This document shows, piece by piece, positions 37,166 through 42,125 of a stretch of 42,125 nt of DNA (position 1 is its first letter; each line of letters starts with the position of its first letter). The translations under genes were made by a program, and so were the position numbers. The notes under the pieces are model-generated. The model was given only the letters and a program-made list of their open reading frames with translations, did no database searches and was not told where the DNA came from. Origin of the DNA: Macrostomum lignano (lineage: Eukaryota); assembly GCA_002269645.1 (NCBI GenBank), contig NIVC01001879.1, positions 184,015 through 226,139 on the forward strand, in the 5' to 3' direction.

Positions 37166-37805
37166 TTGTAGTAGATGTGACTCATCTACTACTCATATTT
37201 TGAGTAGTTGTCAATAAAATAAACAAGACTAACTAATCTAAATTGAGCTTCCTAAACCTAAAATATTAAGACAGAAGGGGTCAGTGTAGAGTCAGTGAGC
37301 GAAGCCCACAACAGTATCATGGGTCACTCACAGAAACTGAGCTGAGCTGAGCTGAGCTGATTCTGATTCTGATTAGAATCATGGGGGCGCAGGGGGGGGG
37401 GGGTAAAGGCACGCAGAAAGGGGGGTTGGTTAGCTACGCAAAAGAATGGAGGGTGAAGTGAGAACGAGAGGCTAAAGAGGGACGAAGTGAGGACCAATCA
37501 GAGTGAAGAGAGGGTGAGAGAGAGAAAGGCTTAATTGCACGAGAGAGAGAGAGAGAGAGTAAACAACAAAGAGTGCAAGGTGAACTAAAGGAGAACAGAA
37601 GTCGCTACAGTAGTAAAATTTGCGTTTTTTTCCTTGCATATTAGTAAAATACAATTGTAATAACATTTTACTTCTAAAGTAGCTCGTGCAAGCTGTTTAG
37701 CTAAAAACCCATCAAATTGGCATCCTCATCCTGTTCTACCGACTTCAAAGTTATTTGAAAATAAAAACGTTAGGCTTGTTCAAAGACCTCTGTTAAGTTA
37801 AAACC

Positions 37806-38386
37806 CCAACCCTAACCCTAACCCTAACCATAACCCTAACCCTAACCCTAACCATAACCATAACCCAAACCATAACCATAACCATAACCCTAACCATAAC
37901 CATAACCCTAACCATAACCATAACCCTAACCATAACCATAACCCTAACCATAACCATAACCCAAACCATAACCATAACCATAACCCAAACCATAACACTA
38001 ACCATAACCCTAACCATAACCCTAACCATAACCCTAACCATAACCCAAACCATAACCCAAACCATAACCCAAACCATAACCCTAACCATAACCCTAACCA
38101 TAACCCAAACCATAACCATAACCCTAACCATAACCCAAACCATAACCCAAACCATAACCCAAACCATAACCCTAACCATAACCCTAACCATAACCCAAAC
38201 CATAACCATAACCCTAACCATAACCCTAAACATAACCCTAACCATAACCCAAACCATAACCATAACCCTAACCATAACCATAACCCTAGTCATACCCTAA
38301 CTATAACCATAACCCTAGTCATAACCCTAACCCTAACCATAACCCTACACCAACCCATAACCCAAAAGACTAACCGTGACCCTAAC
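37806..38386. repeat. Telomere-like hexamer array mixing CCCTAA, CCATAA and CCCAAA
   Basis: Direct reading; reverse complement TTAGGG/TTATGG/TTTGGG. Confidence 0.92.
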
Positions 38387-38500
38387 TCCTGAACACTAAC
38401 CCAAAGCCTACTAATAAGTTTCAAAATAAATAGGAATTTAGGAACAGACATAACCTCAAGCTCCAGGGTTATTTTTATGCACTTTTACGCGCACCAACAG

Positions 38501-38691
38501 TACGGCAACGCCACGTTCAACAAGGCCAAACTGATGAATGCGGCATTCTTAGAAAGCGTTCGACAGCTTCGTCGCTTCGATTGCGTCGTGTTTCACGATG
38601 TCGACCTGCTGCCAACGAATCCGTTCGTGCCGTACAACTGCCCCGCCTACCCCCGGCACATCAGTGTGTCCATTGACAAGTTCGGCTACTC
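38501..38691 (+). CDS. GT7 transferase exon 3 (FNKA motif and DxD)
   Basis: Acceptor caacag| phase 0; YGNATFNKAKLMNAAF..DCVVFHDVDLLP..PRHISVSIDKFGY; donor TC|GTGAGC phase 2. Confidence 0.95.
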
Positions 38692-38720
38692 GTGAGCTGC
38701 CATTCGCTGACAATTGCTGG

Positions 38721-39815
38721 GGATCTGGGGGATCAGATGATCCAATTAGTCTCAATAGGGGATCAGGTGATCCAATTAGTCTCAATAGGGGATCAGGTGA
38801 TCCAATTAGTCTCAATAGGGGATCAGGTGATCCAATTAGTCTCAATAGGGGATCAGGTGATCCAATTAGTCTCAATAGGGGATCAGGTGATCCAATTAGT
38901 CTCAATAGGGGATCAGGTGATCCAATTAGTCTCAATAGGGGATCAGGTGATCCAATTAGTCTCAATAGGGGATCAGGTGATCCAATTAGTCTCAATAGGG
39001 GATCAGGTGATCCAATTAGTCTCAATAGGGGATCAGGTGATCCAATTAGTCTCAATAGGGGATCAGGTGATCCAATTAGTCTCAATAGGGGATCAGGTGA
39101 TCCAATTAGTCTCAATAGGGGACTCAATTAGTTTCATTAGGAGATCTGGTGACCTAATTAGTCTCATTAGGGTATCATGTGATCCAATTAGTCTCATTAG
39201 GGGATCAGGTGACCCAATTAGTCTCATTAGAAGATCAGGTGACACAATTAGTCTCATTAGAAGATCAGGTGACAAAATTAGTCTCATTAGGGTATCAGGT
39301 GACGCAATTAGTCTCATTAGAAGATCAGGTGACTTAATTAGTCTCATTAGGGATCAGGTGACTTAATTAGTCTCATTAGGGTATCAGGTGATCCAATTAG
39401 TCTCATTAGGCGATTAGGTGACCCAATTAGTCTCATTAGGGATCAGGTGATTTAATTAGTCTCATTAGGGATCAGCTGACTTAATTAGTCTCATTAGGGT
39501 ATCAGGTGACCCAATTAGTCTCATTAGGCGATCATGTGACCCAATTAGTCTCATTAGGGATCAGGTGATTTAATTAGTCTCATTAGGGATCAGGTGACTT
39601 AATTAGTCTCATTAGGGATCAGGTGACTTAATTAGTCTCATTAGGGTATCAGGTGATCCAATTAGTCTCATTAGGCGATCATGTGACCCAATTAGTCTCA
39701 TTAGGGATCAGGTGACTTAATTAGTCTCATTAGGGTATCAGGTGACCCAATTAGTCTCATTAGGGGATCAGTTGACGCAATTAGTCTAATTAGAAGAGCA
39801 GGTGACCCAGTTAGT
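38721..39815. repeat. 30-bp minisatellite (GATCAGGTGATCCAATTAGTCTCAATAGGG), 12 perfect copies at 38761-39120 then diverged 29-30-bp copies
   Basis: Direct reading. Confidence 0.96.
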
Positions 39816-39887
39816 CATTAAGTGACAATATCAGTAGGTATTTAAGCAGGTAATCTCACTCGCCCGTCATCGCCACCATAATTGCAG

Positions 39888-40009
39888 TCTCCCCTACAAG
39901 CAGCTGGTGGGCGGGTCCTGGCCATGCCGGTCCGCCACTTCCTGAAGGTGAACGGCTACTCCAATCTGTTCTGGGGCTGGGGCGGCGAGGACGACGACAT
40001 GGAGGCCAG
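39888..40009 (+). CDS. GT7 transferase exon 4 (WGWGGEDDD); 1-nt deletion in the G-run at 39913-39915 as given
   Basis: Acceptor ttgcag|; LPYKQLVGG then +1 frame VLAMPVRHFLKVNGYSNLFWGWGGEDDDMEAR; exon is 122 nt but the phase 2-2 junctions need 123; donor AG|GTGAGC. Confidence 0.92.
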
Positions 40010-40068
40010 GTGAGCGACATCCTCTTTCTGTCCCTCTGCCTTGAGGTCACATTCGCAAAACCTTGGGA

Positions 40069-40310
40069 AGGTCAATTGACCCCCGTTGGAAGTTTTTGTG
40101 GCTAAGACAGGGAAGGACAATTGACCTCCCGTTGAAAATTTTGTGTCAGAGGCTGAGGCAGCGAGGTCAATTGAACACCTTGGAAAGTTTTGTGTCTAAG
40201 ATAGGGAGGTCAATTGACCCCCCGAGGAAAATTTTGTGCCTAAGGCAGGGAGGTCAATCGACCCCCCATGGAAAGTTCTGTGCCTAAGACAGCGAGGTCA
40301 AAGTGACCCC
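40069..40310. repeat. About six degenerate 43-50-bp units, each with the palindrome AGGTCAATTGACC
   Basis: Palindrome variants at 40069, 40114, 40164, 40207, 40251, 40295. Confidence 0.8.
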
Positions 40311-40625
40311 CATCTGAAGTTGAAGGGGGTAACTTCAAATCTACTAGGGGTCAAGTGACTCGTCAGTTGTTAAAGCATCCAGGGGAGGTCAAGTTACCAC
40401 CCTCAGAATTATCTTCCCAAAGATTATTTCTTAGAATCCTGAATTTTGTCGCACTTCAATAGCAGTAAATCAAAAAGTAAAACAAACCCACTCAGAAAAG
40501 TTCTCAGTATTCTTCTGCTTCTGGCGCAATTGAATAGTTAATTTGAATGCTGTAAAGATCTCATACGTTTGGAAGCCAGCTTAAGCAGGTTAATTTATGA
40601 TCGAATCGAAACCTCATCTCTCCAG

Positions 40626-40873
40626 AATCCGGTCCGTGGGCCTCCTGGTGACCAGGCCGAATCCGCGCCTGGCGCGTTACCGCATGATTCGCCATCAGGC
40701 TCGCAAAGAAATTCTCAACGAAGTCAGGTACAAACTGCTCTACCTGAGCTCCAAGCGGTACCGGCTTGACGGCCTGAACAGCCTCAGCTACAGCCTGGTG
40801 GCCAGCGAGAGCAGACCGCTGTACACCCACTTCCTCATTGATCTGGGACAGCCGCCAAGGAGCTCCAGTTTCT

Positions 40874-40878
<5 letters not shown>
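40626..40878 (+). CDS. GT7 transferase exon 5 (C-terminal, metal-binding M..H)
   Basis: Acceptor ctctccag| phase 2; RPNPRLARYRMIRH..DGLNSLSY..PLYTHFLIDLG; stop TGA 40876-40878; joined CDS is 445 aa from ATG 19052 if one G is restored. Confidence 0.94.
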
Positions 40879-40904
<26 letters not shown>

Positions 40905-40943
40905 TATTGATTGATTGGTTGATTGATTGATTGATTGATTGGC

Positions 40944-40990
<47 letters not shown>

Positions 40991-40991
40991 C

Positions 40992-41037
<46 letters not shown>

Positions 41038-41167
41038 ATTGATTGATTGGCTGATTGATTGATTGATTGATTGATTGGCTGATTGATTGATTGATTGATT
41101 TATTGATTGATTGGCTGATTGATTGATTGATTGATTGATTGGCTGATTGATTGGCTGATTGATTGGC

Positions 41168-41246
<79 letters not shown>

Positions 41247-41359
41247 CTGATTGATTGATTGATTAATTGATTGACTGATTGATTGGTTGATTGATTGATT
41301 AGTTGATTGGTTAATTGATTGATTGATTGATTAGTTGATTGGTTAATTGATTGATTGAT
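40874..41359. repeat. (ATTG)n/(GATT)n microsatellite beginning at the stop codon
   Basis: Direct reading. Confidence 0.97.
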
Positions 41360-41802
41360 AGTTCGGCTCGTCCTTAGTTGAGTAATCATCAGATCTTTTC
41401 AATGTCCGAAAGATTAATAATGGAGAGGTTTATATTATAAATCTCCGCGGTATCGTATCTTACCGCGGATCAAAGAATCTTTGATTTGGTAGTGGTGCCC
41501 TTAAGCGAGCGATACTACTTATATCACGACAATAATATGATTTGATTGTTGCAATGCACAATATGCATTGGCCCAAAATTGTAAATACGCGATATGCATA
41601 TGCTTGTTTATTCGGAAGATGCAATCAACCGTCAATGAAATATTTTTGTTTCCGTTTGCTGTTGCAATCACAAAGTTGCTCACCTGGTTTTACTAATTCA
41701 AATATACCTGCAATCTCGTATTCCTTCACCTACTGGTCGATTACGAGCTACCAAACCACAGAATTGCTGCTTTTGTGGCACAGTGTCTATTCTCTCATCT
41801 TT

Positions 41803-42125
41803 ACTGAATCTCACCCACTGAATCTCACCCAATCTTTACTGAATCTCACCCAATATCTACTTAATCTCACCAAATCTCAAGTGAATCTCAACCAATCTCT
41901 ATTGAATCTCACCCAATGTCTACTGAATCTCACCAAATCTTTACTGAATCTCACCCAATCTCTACTGAATCTCACCCAATGTCTACTGAATCTCACCAAA
42001 TCTCAAGTGAATCTCAACCAATCTCTACTGAATCTCACCCGATCTATACTGAATCTCACCTAATCCATACTGAAATCTCACCTAATTTCTACTGAATCTC
42101 ACCCAATCTCTACTCTCTACTGAAT
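41803..42125. repeat. 21-bp minisatellite (GAATCTCACCCAATCTCTACT)n, truncated by window end
   Basis: Direct reading. Confidence 0.92.

Overview
Eukaryotic (animal) genomic DNA. GC/CpG-rich exons sit in a matrix that is roughly half tandem repeat (about 25 arrays); this style suggests a free-living flatworm such as Macrostomum, which is inference only. Two spliced + strand genes can be rebuilt by hand with phase-consistent GT-AG junctions. (1) A divergent class A (rhodopsin-like) orphan GPCR with 3 exons (3224-3584, 10669-11134, 14039-14819; 535 aa) and a poly-His third intracellular loop. (2) A GT7 beta-1,4-galactosyl/GalNAc-transferase with 5 exons (19052-19556, 33188-33453, 38501-38691, 39888-40009, 40626-40878); it has Leu at the donor-specificity position and a 1-nt deletion in exon 4. 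GPCR intron 1 holds a full-length, young but frameshifted Ty3/Gypsy (Mag-like) LTR retrotransposon (3933-8458; PBS, PPT, ATTAC target duplication). Nearly all long ORFs in the supplied track are repeat artefacts. The most unusual observations: a 1.76-kb minisatellite bracketed by a 22-bp direct duplication plus an inverted templated filler (it looks inserted, not locally expanded); a higher-order VNTR filling GPCR intron 2; inverted microsatellites bracketing the transferase promoter/exon 1; and three extra A residues at the retrotransposon right junction. No bacterial-type system, CRISPR array or RNA gene is supported.
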